Assembly (NCBI GenBank): GCA_045561295.1
Contig: JBJKYD010000010.1
Span: 1-64,000 of the forward strand
DNA from: Gammaproteobacteria bacterium
GTDB lineage: Bacteria > Pseudomonadota > Gammaproteobacteria > GCA-002705445 > GCA-002716945
Length of the DNA stretch: 64,000 nucleotides
Direction of reading: 5' to 3'
Below the pieces are notes generated by a model. The model saw only the letters and a program-made list of their open reading frames with translations. It did not search any database and had not been told where the DNA came from. The translations under genes and the position numbers were made by a program. Below are positions 9,055 to 19,947 of this stretch, piece after piece (the first letter of the stretch is position 1; every line of letters begins with the position of its first letter).

Positions 9055-11128
9055 CTAGTTTTGTTCTATTCCTTTCATTGTTAATTTTACTCTTCCTTGT
9101 TTATCAACCTCAAGAACTCTTACCTTAACCATATCACCTTCAGATAATACATCTTTTACGTCTTTAACTCTATCTTCGCTGATTTGTGATATGTGAACTA
9201 GACCATCCTTGTTAGGCGTGATTGCTACAAACGCACCAAAGTCCATTATTTTTGCTACCTTTCCTTCATAGATTTTATCAACTTGTGGACCAGCTGTAAT
9301 TTCTTCTATTATCGACTTTGCATGATCGCTTTTTGATTGGTCTGATGCAGCAATTTTAATAACACCATCATCATTTATATCTATGACTGCACCTGTTTGC
9401 TCAACTATTGATTTAATGACTGCGCCGCCCTTACCAATAACTTCGGCAATCTTTGATTGATCAACTTTCATTGTAGTATACCTAGGTGCAAATTCAGATA
9501 CATCATCTCTTGCTTCGCTTAACTCTTTATTCATTTCAGCTAAAATATGCAGTCTTGCTTCTTTTGCTTGACTTAATGCTGTCTCCATAATGTCAGATGT
9601 AATTCCATCTATCTTGATATCCATTTGTAGTGCGTTAATACCAGATTCAGTACCTGCTACCTTGAAGTCCATATCTCCTAAATGATCCTCATCACCAAGA
9701 ATATCAGTAAGAACTACATGTCTATCACCTTCTTTCACTAAACCCATAGCAATACCTGCGACAGGTCCCTTTAAAGGAATACCAGCATCCATCATTGCCA
9801 AGCTTGAACCACATACTGAAGCCATAGAGCTAGATCCATTTGATTCAGTAATTTCAGATACTACTCTAATTGTGTATGGAAAATCTTCTACGGACGGCAT
9901 TACTGCTTGTACGCCTCTCCTAGCGAGTTTTCCATGACCTATTTCTCTTCTCTTTGGTGAACCAATCATACCAATTTCACCAACAGAATATGGAGGAAAG
10001 TTATAATGAAAAATAAAGTGATCATCAAGTCTACCATTTAATGAATCAATTATTTGAGCATCTTTATTTGTACCTAATGTAGCGACTACTAATGCTTGTG
10101 TTTCGCCTCTTGTAAATAACGCAGAACCATGAGTCCTCGGTAGTACGCCTGTTTGAACAGATATAGGTCTTACTGTCGAACTATCTCTACCATCAATTCT
10201 TTTTTCACCGCTTAAAATTCTTTCTCTAACAATGTCTTTTTTTAAGTCGTTAAAGACTACAGACAGTTTATCTGAATTATCCTCATCATCAGAGACTTCT
10301 TTTAACATTATATCTTCTTTTAGTTCAGAAAGTTTTTCATAACGATCCTGTTTAATAGTTATTTGATATGCCTCAGATATTTGATTACCATATTTTGTTT
10401 TTATAGAGTTATATAATTCTGAATTATCTTCTGCTGGTGCTGCTTCCATGGCATTGACACCCATATCAGCAACTAAGCTCATCAATCGCTTTAATAATAT
10501 CCTGCATTTTATCATGCCCAAAGTTAACGGCATCTAGCATTTCTTTTTCAGTAAGTTCTTTAGCCTCTGACTCTACCATTAGTACAGCATTGTTTGTGCC
10601 GGCTACTGTCAAGTCTAGCAAGGATGTCTCAAGTTGTGATGATGTAGGATTAAGAATATATTCATTATCTAGATAACCAACTTTAACTGCTCCTAATGTT
10701 CCATTAAATGGTAAGCCTGCAAGCTTCACACATGTTGATGCAGCAATCAAAGCTGGAACTTCTGGATCAATTTCTGGATTGTATGATACTAATGTTAAAA
10801 CTATTTGTACTTCTTGATTATAAGTAGCAGCAAATAAAGGTCTAAGAGGTCTATCAATCAAACGACTTATTAATGTTTCTTTTTCACTTGGTCTCCCTTC
10901 TCTTTTAAAAAAACTTCCAGGTATTTTACCTGCAGCATAAGACTTTTCATTATAGTTTACTGTTAGAGGGAAAAAATCTCTTGTGTTAGGTTCTAATGAT
11001 GCGACCAGCGTTCCTAAAATAACTGTACCATCTATTTCTACTGTTACTGATGCATTTGCCTGTTTTGCTATAAGGCCTGTATCTATTTTTACTGTTTGTG
11101 AACCTAATTTAAATTCTTTAGTTTGCAT
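9055..11128 (-). CDS. pnp: Polynucleotide phosphorylase, split by one extra base near 10474-10477
   Basis: [41 protein letters not shown] and S1 domains across two overlapping ORFs; joined frame reads IDELVADMG. Confidence 0.96.
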
Positions 11129-11397
11129 TATTTTCTTAGTCCTAGTTCTTTGATGAGCTTTTCATATGTAGTTATATCTGTTCTTTTTAGGTATCTCATA
11201 AGAGATCTTCTTTTCATGATCATCTTTAAAAGACCTAATCTTGAGTGATTATCTTTTTTATTTTTATTAAAGTGATCAGAAAGCTTATTGATATTTTCTG
11301 TAAGAAGAGCTATCTGGACTGAACTAGAACCGCAGTCACCATCAGACTGTTTAAATTTCTTTATAATTTCAGCTTTTGTTTCATTATTTAATGCCAT
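11128..11397 (-). CDS. rpsO: 30S ribosomal protein S15
   Basis: [27 protein letters not shown]; 89 aa; position upstream of pnp. Confidence 0.97.
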   Translation of the reverse strand: MALNNETKAEIIKKFKQSDGDCGSSSVQIALLTENINKLSDHFNKNKKDNHSRLGLLKMIMKRRSLMRYLKRTDITTYEKLIKELGLRK

Positions 11398-11426
11398 ATT
11401 TTCTTTTCTATTTCTTTAACGAATGG

Positions 11427-11454
11427 ATTTTATCATGTCCCTGCACTATTACAA
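11427..11454 (-). promoter_or_regulatory. Putative rpsO promoter with extended -10
   Basis: TTGTAA, 16-nt spacer, TAAAAT preceded by TGn on the minus strand. Confidence 0.55.
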
Positions 11455-11462
11455 ACTAAATA

Positions 11463-12344
11463 TCATCTTTTCATCAATCTTTTAGGATATAGATAATTTT
11501 CTTTAAAAAATCCAACACCATGAAATATATCATCTTTGCTTGTAATCCTATGAAGCGTCTTTGACGTAGTATTTACAATTTTTTCTATATAGAGTCCGTT
11601 ATACAATTTATTTATCTCTTCCTCAGTACATAATAATCTTGGCAATTTTGATAACATATTAGGTATTGTAATTAAGTGCTCATGAAAGTTCTTAGTAGTT
11701 AAATTTTCTAGCGTGACATTATCAAAATCATCAAAAGGTTCTACATTGGATCTATGCAAACTATATAAACATGAATGTAAGTCCCACTTTTTTGAAATAT
11801 CTTGTACAAGTGTTCTAATATATGTGCCAGATGAACAGACAACTGAAAATTCTAAAATATTTGATTTGAGAGATATAAATTTTATTTTATAGATTTGTCT
11901 ATTTTTAGGTTCACGCTTAATCTCAATATTTTTGCGAGCATAGGTATAAAGAGGTTTTCCATTATATTTTGTACTACTGAACATTGGTGGAACTTGAATA
12001 TATTCACCAATAAATTTAGCTAGAGTGTCTTTAATTGTTTGTTCTTGCAGGTTATGTATAATTAATTTTTCCTCATCGAATTCGATAGGTTTAGACTCAA
12101 AATCTCCACATTCACTAAATACACCGAGCTTACATCTAACATTATAACTTTTTTTATTACTTTCAATATAAGTAATATATTTTGTAGCTTGACCAATAAC
12201 TATAGGAAGAACACCTGTAGCTAACGGATCTAATATTCCTAATAATCCTGCTTTTTTTATTTTTAGTTTTCTTTTAAAAAGAGTGAGAAGATTGTTTGAA
12301 GTTACAAATTTGTATTTATTAAGTAAAATTATCCCGTTAATCAC
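11463..12344 (-). CDS. truB: tRNA pseudouridine(55) synthase
   Basis: GILDPLATGVL, QVPPMFS, CSSGTYIRTL; located between rbfA and rpsO. Confidence 0.93.
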   Translation of the reverse strand: MINGIILLNKYKFVTSNNLLTLFKRKLKIKKAGLLGILDPLATGVLPIVIGQATKYITYIESNKKSYNVRCKLGVFSECGDFESKPIEFDEEKLIIHNLQEQTIKDTLAKFIGEYIQVPPMFSSTKYNGKPLYTYARKNIEIKREPKNRQIYKIKFISLKSNILEFSVVCSSGTYIRTLVQDISKKWDLHSCLYSLHRSNVEPFDDFDNVTLENLTTKNFHEHLITIPNMLSKLPRLLCTEEEINKLYNGLYIEKIVNTTSKTLHRITSKDDIFHGVGFFKENYLYPKRLMKR

Positions 12345-12351
12345 AAATCAA

Positions 12352-12681
12352 TTACTTAAGTGAATTAAGAAGCGTATTAATTTTTTGTCCTTTAATTACT
12401 GTATCATCAAAAATAAATTTAAAATCTGGAATTCTTTTAAGGTGAACATTTTTTGAAAGATAGAATTTTATTGTTGGCTTTAGTGTATTCATTATTTTTT
12501 CAATTTTCTTAAAATCATTTTTTAATGTAGTAAAATACACGATAGCACTCCTGATATCTTTGCTGACCTTTATGTCAGTAATAGTTACAGTATTTTTAAC
12601 ATCTTGATTATCTATTCTAGTAACGATTATACTGGCAATTTCTTTATGAAGAAGATCTTCAATTTTATGCATTCTGCTCAT
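12352..12681 (-). CDS. rbfA: Ribosome-binding factor A
   Basis: VTITDIKVSKDIRSAIVY, LKRIPDFKFIFD; synteny. Confidence 0.92.
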   Translation of the reverse strand: MSRMHKIEDLLHKEIASIIVTRIDNQDVKNTVTITDIKVSKDIRSAIVYFTTLKNDFKKIEKIMNTLKPTIKFYLSKNVHLKRIPDFKFIFDDTVIKGQKINTLLNSLK

Positions 12682-12682
12682 T

Positions 12683-14851
12683 TTAAATAGAGCGCTTAAT
12701 TTCAGTTCTCTTATAAACTTCTATCTGGTCACCAGACTTGATATCATTATAGTCCTTAACGCCAATACCGCATTCTATCCCGCTTTTAACTTCCTTAACA
12801 TCCTCTTTAAATCTTCTTAAAGATTCTAACTCTCCTTCATAAATAACTGTATTTTCGCGTAATACTCTTATAGGCTGATCTTTCTGAATTGTTCCTTCTG
12901 AAACTATAGTTCCTGCTATTGCGCCAAGCTTTGATGAACGAAATACATCTTTAACCGTAGCTATACCAATAATTTCTTCTTTAACCTCTGGTTCAAGTTC
13001 ACCAGACAAGTCAAATTTCACAGCATCTATTAAATCATAAATTATACTAAAGTACTGTAACGGTATATCGTGTGATTCGATTAATTTTTTAGCTTTACTA
13101 TCTGCCCTTACATTAAATCCTATTACATGAGCTTGTGCACTTAGAGCTAAATTGATATCTGATTCCGTTATACCACCAACACCACTATATATTATCTCTA
13201 AACCAACATCTGGATTTTCTATAGATTGTAAGCTATTTAAAATAGCCTCACAGCTGCCTTGAACATCAGTCTTTACTAGATAGTTTATAATTTTTTTAGT
13301 CCCATTAGCATCACCAAATGATTCTATTGAGAAATTCTTTTGTTTGCTTTGCATGTCAATTTCTTTTTGTTTTTTCTCTCTTGTAGATGCAATTTCTTTA
13401 ACTTTTTTCTCATCATCTGTTGATATTAACTGATCACCTACATTTGGTGTAGCAGACAAACCTGTAATAACTACAGGAGTACTTGGCCCTGCATTGTTAA
13501 CTGGTTTACCAAATTCATTGAAAAGAGCTCTTACTCTTCCAAATGTTTGACCGACTAGAACAAAATCTTTCATATTTAATATACCATTTTGAATCAATAC
13601 GGTTGCAACAGGTCCTTTACCTTTATCTAATGACGATTCAATTACAACGCCTGTGGCAGGGCCAGTGTCATGAGCTTTCAGTTCTAGTATTTCAGCCTGC
13701 AGAACAACAGAATCTAAAAGAGTATCGATACCTTCCCCACTAAGTGCAGATATAGGAATAAAAATTGTTTCACCACCCCATTCCTCAGGAATTACATTCT
13801 TTGCTGCTAAATCATTTTTAACTTTTTCTTGATCAGCATTTTCTTTATCAATTTTGTTTATAGCAACTATTAATGGTACCCCAGCTGCTCTAGCATGCTC
13901 AATAGCCTCTTCAGTTTGAGGCATTACGCCGTCATCTGCAGAAACGACAAGTATAACTATATCAGTTACTTGAGCGCCCCTAGCCCTCATACTGGTGAAT
14001 GCGGCATGTCCAGGTGTATCAAGAAAAGCTATTTCACCATTGTTAGTTTTGACTCTGTATGCACCAACATGTTGTGTAATTCCGCCAGATTCAGACTCAG
14101 TAATTTTTGACTTTCTGATATAGTCTAGCAGTGAAGTTTTACCATGATCTACATGGCCCATAATTGTTACTATTGGAGCACGTGTTTTTCCGTCAGTTAT
14201 TTTAATTTTTTCTGGCTGTGCAATATCATCTTCATTCTCTTTTTGTATAACTGGGTTGTGTCCTATTTCTTCTGTTATAAGAATTGCTGTATCTTGATCT
14301 AGAGATTGGTTTACAGTGGCCATAACTCCCAAGCTCATCATTTTTGATATAAGATCGGTATTTTTCAAAGCCATTTGATTAGCAAGTTCAGCCACCGTCA
14401 TAGATTGGCTTATTTTCACATCTCTTTTTATGGGTTCAGTTGGCTTTTCAAACTTATGAGTAGGCGCTATTTCTTTGATATTATTTTTGTTCTTTTTATT
14501 TTTATCTTTTTTTTGTTTAGGTGATTTAAGATGAAGCTCTTTACTCTCCATTTTTTCAATTTTTTCATCTTTATTGATTTTTTGTTTTTTTGAAGGTTTA
14601 GTATCTTGTACTGGTGGTTCACCAACTTTAGCTACTGTTTTAAGTTTTTTTTCGTTATTTATCTTTGTTAGGGAAGAGGAATTTTTTACTTCTTTCTTTA
14701 CAACGGGAGCGTTATTTGTTTTCAATGGCTCTTTTGATGCTGGCTTAGCAATAATCTTTCTTTTTCTTTTGACATGTACACCCACTGAAGCGCTACTTTT
14801 CCTTGAGGATAAAGTATCCGTTTTAAGTTTTATATTGTCTTTTTCTGACAT
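12683..14851 (-). CDS. infB: Translation initiation factor IF-2 (short N-terminus)
   Basis: GHVDHGKTS, GGITQH, DTPGH, NKID, SLRRFKEDV. Confidence 0.98.
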   Translation of the reverse strand: MSEKDNIKLKTDTLSSRKSSASVGVHVKRKRKIIAKPASKEPLKTNNAPVVKKEVKNSSSLTKINNEKKLKTVAKVGEPPVQDTKPSKKQKINKDEKIEKMESKELHLKSPKQKKDKNKKNKNNIKEIAPTHKFEKPTEPIKRDVKISQSMTVAELANQMALKNTDLISKMMSLGVMATVNQSLDQDTAILITEEIGHNPVIQKENEDDIAQPEKIKITDGKTRAPIVTIMGHVDHGKTSLLDYIRKSKITESESGGITQHVGAYRVKTNNGEIAFLDTPGHAAFTSMRARGAQVTDIVILVVSADDGVMPQTEEAIEHARAAGVPLIVAINKIDKENADQEKVKNDLAAKNVIPEEWGGETIFIPISALSGEGIDTLLDSVVLQAEILELKAHDTGPATGVVIESSLDKGKGPVATVLIQNGILNMKDFVLVGQTFGRVRALFNEFGKPVNNAGPSTPVVITGLSATPNVGDQLISTDDEKKVKEIASTREKKQKEIDMQSKQKNFSIESFGDANGTKKIINYLVKTDVQGSCEAILNSLQSIENPDVGLEIIYSGVGGITESDINLALSAQAHVIGFNVRADSKAKKLIESHDIPLQYFSIIYDLIDAVKFDLSGELEPEVKEEIIGIATVKDVFRSSKLGAIAGTIVSEGTIQKDQPIRVLRENTVIYEGELESLRRFKEDVKEVKSGIECGIGVKDYNDIKSGDQIEVYKRTEIKRSI

Positions 14852-16357
14852 TATTCCTCTTCAGACCAACTCTCACGAGCCTTCATTATAACTTTTCCGG
14901 CAGTTTCATTTGATAACTCAACATAATCGAGCAATTCATCAATTGATAAATCTGCCACATCACTAATAGTTAATATATCATTGTTTTTAAGTAATGTTAT
15001 ATGATCATCTGTAAGATCTGACAAGTTTTTCAACGATGATTTGTCCTCTATTTCTTTTTGTTTCTTGTCATATTCATCATTTGCTCTTTTTCTAAGTTCA
15101 TTTACAAGATCTGTATCAAAACCATTTATATTTTCAAGTTCTTCAATCTCACATAATGCTATCTCTTCTATTGAAGTAAAACCTTCTTCAGCAAGTATTT
15201 TTGCAACATCATTGTCTACATTAAGTTCATTTTGAAATTTAGTTGCCGTTTCCTCTTCTTCTTTAGTATTTTTGTCATCAGCATCATCCTTACTCATAAC
15301 ATTAAGATTCCAGCCTGTTAGCTCGCTTGCTAATCTGACATTTTGACCTCCTCGTCCAATAGCCTGTGATAACTGCTCTTCTGCAACAGCTATATCCATA
15401 GTCTTGCTCGTTTCATCAACTACTATTGATAAGACCTCAGCAGGAGACATAGCATTAACAACAAATTTTGCTGGATCTTCATCCCATGGGATAATGTCTA
15501 TTCTTTCTCCAGCAAGTTCATTAGATACTGACTGTACTCTAGATCCCCTCATACCAACACATGCACCAATTGCATCAAGTTTTGGATCATTTGATTTAAC
15601 TGCTATTTTAGCTCTTAGTCCTGGATCTCTTGAAGCCCCTAATATCTCAATAATACCTTGGCCTACTTCTGGTACTTCCAATCTGAAAAGCTCAATTAAA
15701 AACTCTGAACATTTTCTAGAAATATATAATTGAGGACCTCTCAACTCCGATTGAACATCCTTTAAATAACCCCTAATTCTGTCACCCGGTTTAATATTTT
15801 CTCTGGGTATAAGATTTTCTTTCAGAATCATAGCTTCATCAGAAAGGCTGCTCCCTTCATTGGAGTTCAAGTCCAGGAATACATTGTTTTTGTCAACTCT
15901 TCTTACTATGCCAAATAATAGTTCTCCTATTCTGGGCGCATAAAGATCTACTATTCTGTTTCTCTCTGCCGCTTTGAGACTAGCAACTATGTTTTGTTTG
16001 GCCGTTTGAGCAACAATCCTACCAAACTCAACTGATTCAATTTCTTCGGTTATATATTCGCCAACATTGATGTCAGGATTTTTTTCTTTAGCAAACTCCA
16101 ATGAGCATTTTCTTTTCATACTCATCATCTACTAGCATTTCATTCACAACTTCCCATTTTCTTATAGTCGTGTATGATCCATCATCTTGATTGATACTAA
16201 CCTCCACGTCAATTTCATCTTGAGTTTTATTATCAAGTTTATATTTTTTCTTTACAGCAGATGCTAACGCATGCTCCATTGCATCAATAATAATTTCTCG
16301 ATCAACATTTTTTTCATTAGAGACTGTGTCAATTATTAGAAGTATCTCTTTATTCAT
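14851..16357 (-). CDS. nusA: Transcription factor NusA, split by one extra base near 16106-16111
   Basis: MNKEIL N-terminus, FGRIVAQTAKQ, GACVGMRG, AIGRGGQNVRLA, AR domains; joined frame reads YEKK(C/M)SLEFAKEK. Confidence 0.96.
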
Positions 16358-16809
16358 ATTTTTATCTCCCTGACTAAATTAGCTTTTTTTATAGCATCGA
16401 ATGTTATTGATACTTTTTCTTTTTTATAATTGATACAAATTGTATTGCCAATCACCTCATAATATCCTTTGAATCTTTTTTGATTATTAATATTTTTTTT
16501 TAATTCTACAAATACTCTTTCTCCCTGGTATTTGATAAAATCATTCATATTATATAGTGGTCTATTTATGCCGGGTGAAGAAACTTCAATGCTATAGTTT
16601 TCATCAATATAATTTTCTAATGTAATTATATTTTGAGCTAGTTTTGTTACCTTTGAGCAATGATCAATGGATACACCAGTATCAGACTCAATCATTATTT
16701 GAATACTTCTAGAATCACTATTACCAAATATATTCACATTTATAGCTTTCAAATCATTTTCAAGCAAATCATTCAATTTATTCATTATGTTTTCTTCGAC
16801 TTCATTCAT
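16354..16809 (-). CDS. rimP: Ribosome maturation factor RimP
   Basis: GVSIDHC, YSIEVSSPGINRPL, IKKANLV. Confidence 0.94.
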   Translation of the reverse strand: MNEVEENIMNKLNDLLENDLKAINVNIFGNSDSRSIQIMIESDTGVSIDHCSKVTKLAQNIITLENYIDENYSIEVSSPGINRPLYNMNDFIKYQGERVFVELKKNINNQKRFKGYYEVIGNTICINYKKEKVSITFDAIKKANLVREIKI

Positions 16810-16821
16810 AAAACAAGCATT

Positions 16822-16844
16822 AAAATGGCCCCAATAGGAGCCGT
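16822..16844 (-). promoter_or_regulatory. Short GC hairpin upstream of rimP (rimP-leader or terminator-like)
   Basis: GGCTCC-TATT-GGGGCC followed by ATTTT on the minus strand, between tRNA-fMet and rimP. Confidence 0.55.
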
Positions 16845-16898
16845 GTGTGTATTGTATATCAAAATAGAAGTAATGCGAAAGAGAATTTGATTATTTTA

Positions 16899-16975
<77 letters not shown>

Positions 16976-17014
16976 CTGGTATGAAGTCTATAATTTATGG
17001 AAATTATTTTCAAG

Positions 17015-18445
17015 TTAAATAGAAATAACAGAAAATATTGTCATAAGGTAGCTAGTTAAATTGAATAATAGATAAGGAAAAATTCCTAAAGCTATGAGTG
17101 ATAAAACGTTTATCGATAAAACTATATCACTATTAGAGTAAGTTGAGATTAAATCTTCTCTGTTATCAAAATAAATTGTTTTAATGACTTTTAAATAGTA
17201 ATAAGCTGAGACAACAGTCATTATTACGACAATAATTGAAAGTATAATATACGAACTACTTATTAATGCCTTAATTACCATTAACTTTGCATGAAATCCA
17301 ATTAACGGCGGAATACCTGCTGAGGACAGCATAGTTATTAAAATTAAAAAAGCAAAGTATGGATGTGTCTTTGATAGTCCTGCCAGATCAGTTATTTTTT
17401 CAATACCATTACTATTGGAGGTAATATGAGTAATAATGCCAAATGATGCAAGTGCTGTTAAACTATACACCACAGTATAATAAAGTGATGCATGAATGCC
17501 GTCGATCGAGATAAGGCCAAGTGATAATATGATAAATCCTATATTAGATATAGCAGAATATGCTAGAAGTCTTTTTATATTTTCTTGAGTTAAAGCAAAC
17601 AGACTTCCTATTACTATAGAGAGCATTCCGACAAAGATTAATATATCTGACCATACTTCTCTAAGAAGAATAAATGGTATGAAATATAGTTTAAGAAAAA
17701 CAATAAAAACTGCAATCTTTGGAAGAGTACTCAATAATATTGTAGTGCTTATTAAAGAACCTTGATAAATATCAGGAACCCACATATGAAAAGGGGCTGC
17801 ACCAAACTTAAAACATAGGCTGGCAGTTATAAAAATGATTCCAAAAATAATAGCTATGTAATCAACTGAATTTATATCGATATTAATCAATTGAGATGCT
17901 ATATCATCATAGCCTATAGAACCTGTGAAACCATAAATTAATGAAATGCCAAATAATAGTATGCCGGATGACATTGCCCCTAGGACATAATATTTAATTG
18001 CGGCTTCAGATGATAGAGATGATTTTTTATTGAAACCAATGAGTGCGTATAAAGATAGTGACAATAATTCAATGCCAAGATACAACATTAGTAGACTATT
18101 TGCTGATATCATAATCATAGTTCCTATAAGGCCTAGTAATGAAATCGTGAAATATTCGATTTTAAGAATTTTTAGAAATTTAAGATGCTTATATGTATAG
18201 TGAAATATCGCAAGAGAGCCAACTAAAAGAATGAATTTAAAAACGTTTGTAAACTCATTAAGTGTATATGCACTATAACTAGGTGAAAACTTATTATTAA
18301 GAGAGTAATAGGCAGCTATTAATAATAGAAACTGTACTAAAGTGAATGAGAGTCCTTTCTGTTTTTGAAAAAATAAGTCAAATAGAATAATTATCATCAC
18401 TCCAATTGAAAGTATTATTTCGGGTATGAATAAAATATTCAACAT
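17015..18445 (-). CDS. nuoN: NADH-quinone oxidoreductase subunit N
   Basis: EAAIKYY, FKFGAAPFHMWVPD, KRLLAYSAI, AGIPPL. Confidence 0.96.
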   Translation of the reverse strand: MLNILFIPEIILSIGVMIIILFDLFFQKQKGLSFTLVQFLLLIAAYYSLNNKFSPSYSAYTLNEFTNVFKFILLVGSLAIFHYTYKHLKFLKILKIEYFTISLLGLIGTMIMISANSLLMLYLGIELLSLSLYALIGFNKKSSLSSEAAIKYYVLGAMSSGILLFGISLIYGFTGSIGYDDIASQLINIDINSVDYIAIIFGIIFITASLCFKFGAAPFHMWVPDIYQGSLISTTILLSTLPKIAVFIVFLKLYFIPFILLREVWSDILIFVGMLSIVIGSLFALTQENIKRLLAYSAISNIGFIILSLGLISIDGIHASLYYTVVYSLTALASFGIITHITSNSNGIEKITDLAGLSKTHPYFAFLILITMLSSAGIPPLIGFHAKLMVIKALISSSYIILSIIVVIMTVVSAYYYLKVIKTIYFDNREDLISTYSNSDIVLSINVLSLIALGIFPYLLFNLTSYLMTIFSVISI

Positions 18446-19947
18446 TATATTTTACCTGCTGATAATGACTCAACAATACCAATAACAGATTGGTCAATAA
18501 TTTTAAATAAGTAATCTGGAACAATACCAAGATATAAAATAAATATAATTAGAATTGTTAGAACAATTTTCTCATTAAAACTACATTCTATATATCCTTG
18601 TGTGTTTTTAAGGTTATCTCCAAATAAAACAGTTTTACCCATTTTAAGTGAATATGATGCTGATAGAAGTAGTGATGTCGCTGCAAGAAAACCGAATAAA
18701 AAGCTTGAGCCTAGAGATGAAGTAATTACAAGAAATTCCCCAACAAAACCCGAAGTCCCTGGTAAGCCAGAGTTTGCCATAAGAAAAAAGATCATCATAA
18801 AAGAGAAAATTGGCATGAATTTAGAAACGCCATAATTATCTTTAAGAAGTCTCGATTTGGAATGCTTGTATATTATTCCTATACAAAAAAATAATGCCGC
18901 AGATATTAATCCATGAGATATCATCTGAACCATAGCACCCTCAAGGCCAATTATTGCAGCAGATGTATTACTGTCAAGTAGATTAAAAACCAGGAAGATG
19001 CCTAGTGTAACAAAACCCATATGCGCTACAGAAGAATATGCAATTAGTTTTTTCATGTCTTCTTGAGCATAAGCTACAAAACTAATATAGATGATAGCTA
19101 TTAGAGATAAATAAATCATATACTCACTTAAATAAATTCCAGCGTCTGTTGTTACAGGCAACATAAATCTAATCATTCCATATCCACCAACTTTAAGAAG
19201 AACTGAAGCCAAAATAACTGATCCACTTGTTGGGGCTTCTACATGCGCATCTGGCAGCCATGTATGAACAGGCCACATTGGTATTTTAATTCCAAATCCA
19301 ATTAGAAATGCTAAGAGTATCAATATCTCTTCTTGAAATGACAGATTAACAGAATAAAAATCCTGAATTGCAAATGATCCAGATATTTTTGCTAAATAAA
19401 TTATAGAAATTAACATTAAAACAGAACCAAATAATGTATAAAGAAAGAATTTCAAAGTAGCATATTTTCTGTTAGCTCCACCCCATATACCTATAATTAG
19501 AAATAATGGAATTAATAAACTTTCAAAAAATATATAAAAAAGAATGCTATCAAATGCTGAAAAGGTTCCTATGAGAAGCCCTTCTAAAATTAAAAAGTAA
19601 CCTAAGAATGAAGACTTTTTGACATAGTTTTCTGAGGACGCATAAATCGCAATTAAAAAGTTTATAAAAGCTGTTAGTAATATAAGTGAAACAGATATCC
19701 CATCAACTGCAAGATAATAAAATATATTAAGGCCAGATATCCATTCGATACGCTCAATAAATTGAAGTTGGCCTGTTGTATGATCATAAGCTTGGGTTAA
19801 ATTTAATGAAACAACCAGTATTAAAAACGATGTTAGCAATGTTATGAGTTGAGATATATTGTCGCTAATATTTTTTGATAAAATTAGCAATAGTCCTATA
19901 AGTATTGGGATCCATATTAACAAGCTAAGAATAGGATAATCAAACAT
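18445..19947 (-). CDS. nuoM: NADH-quinone oxidoreductase subunit M
   Basis: KIPMWPVHTWLPDAHVEAPT, KKLIAYSSVAHMG, GLPGTSGFVGE. Confidence 0.97.
   Translation of the reverse strand: MFDYPILSLLIWIPILIGLLLILSKNISDNISQLITLLTSFLILVVSLNLTQAYDHTTGQLQFIERIEWISGLNIFYYLAVDGISVSLILLTAFINFLIAIYASSENYVKKSSFLGYFLILEGLLIGTFSAFDSILFYIFFESLLIPLFLIIGIWGGANRKYATLKFFLYTLFGSVLMLISIIYLAKISGSFAIQDFYSVNLSFQEEILILLAFLIGFGIKIPMWPVHTWLPDAHVEAPTSGSVILASVLLKVGGYGMIRFMLPVTTDAGIYLSEYMIYLSLIAIIYISFVAYAQEDMKKLIAYSSVAHMGFVTLGIFLVFNLLDSNTSAAIIGLEGAMVQMISHGLISAALFFCIGIIYKHSKSRLLKDNYGVSKFMPIFSFMMIFFLMANSGLPGTSGFVGEFLVITSSLGSSFLFGFLAATSLLLSASYSLKMGKTVLFGDNLKNTQGYIECSFNEKIVLTILIIFILYLGIVPDYLFKIIDQSVIGIVESLSAGKI

Noticed and set aside
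12683-14851. Short IF-2 (722 aa) with a Lys-rich low-complexity N-terminus
   Set aside because: IF-2 N-terminal length is highly variable and shortening is ordinary in compact genomes
9055-16357. pnp and nusA as true pseudogenes or two-subunit genes
   Set aside because: Each has a single one-base lesion with otherwise intact sequence in a core gene; sequencing error is more parsimonious
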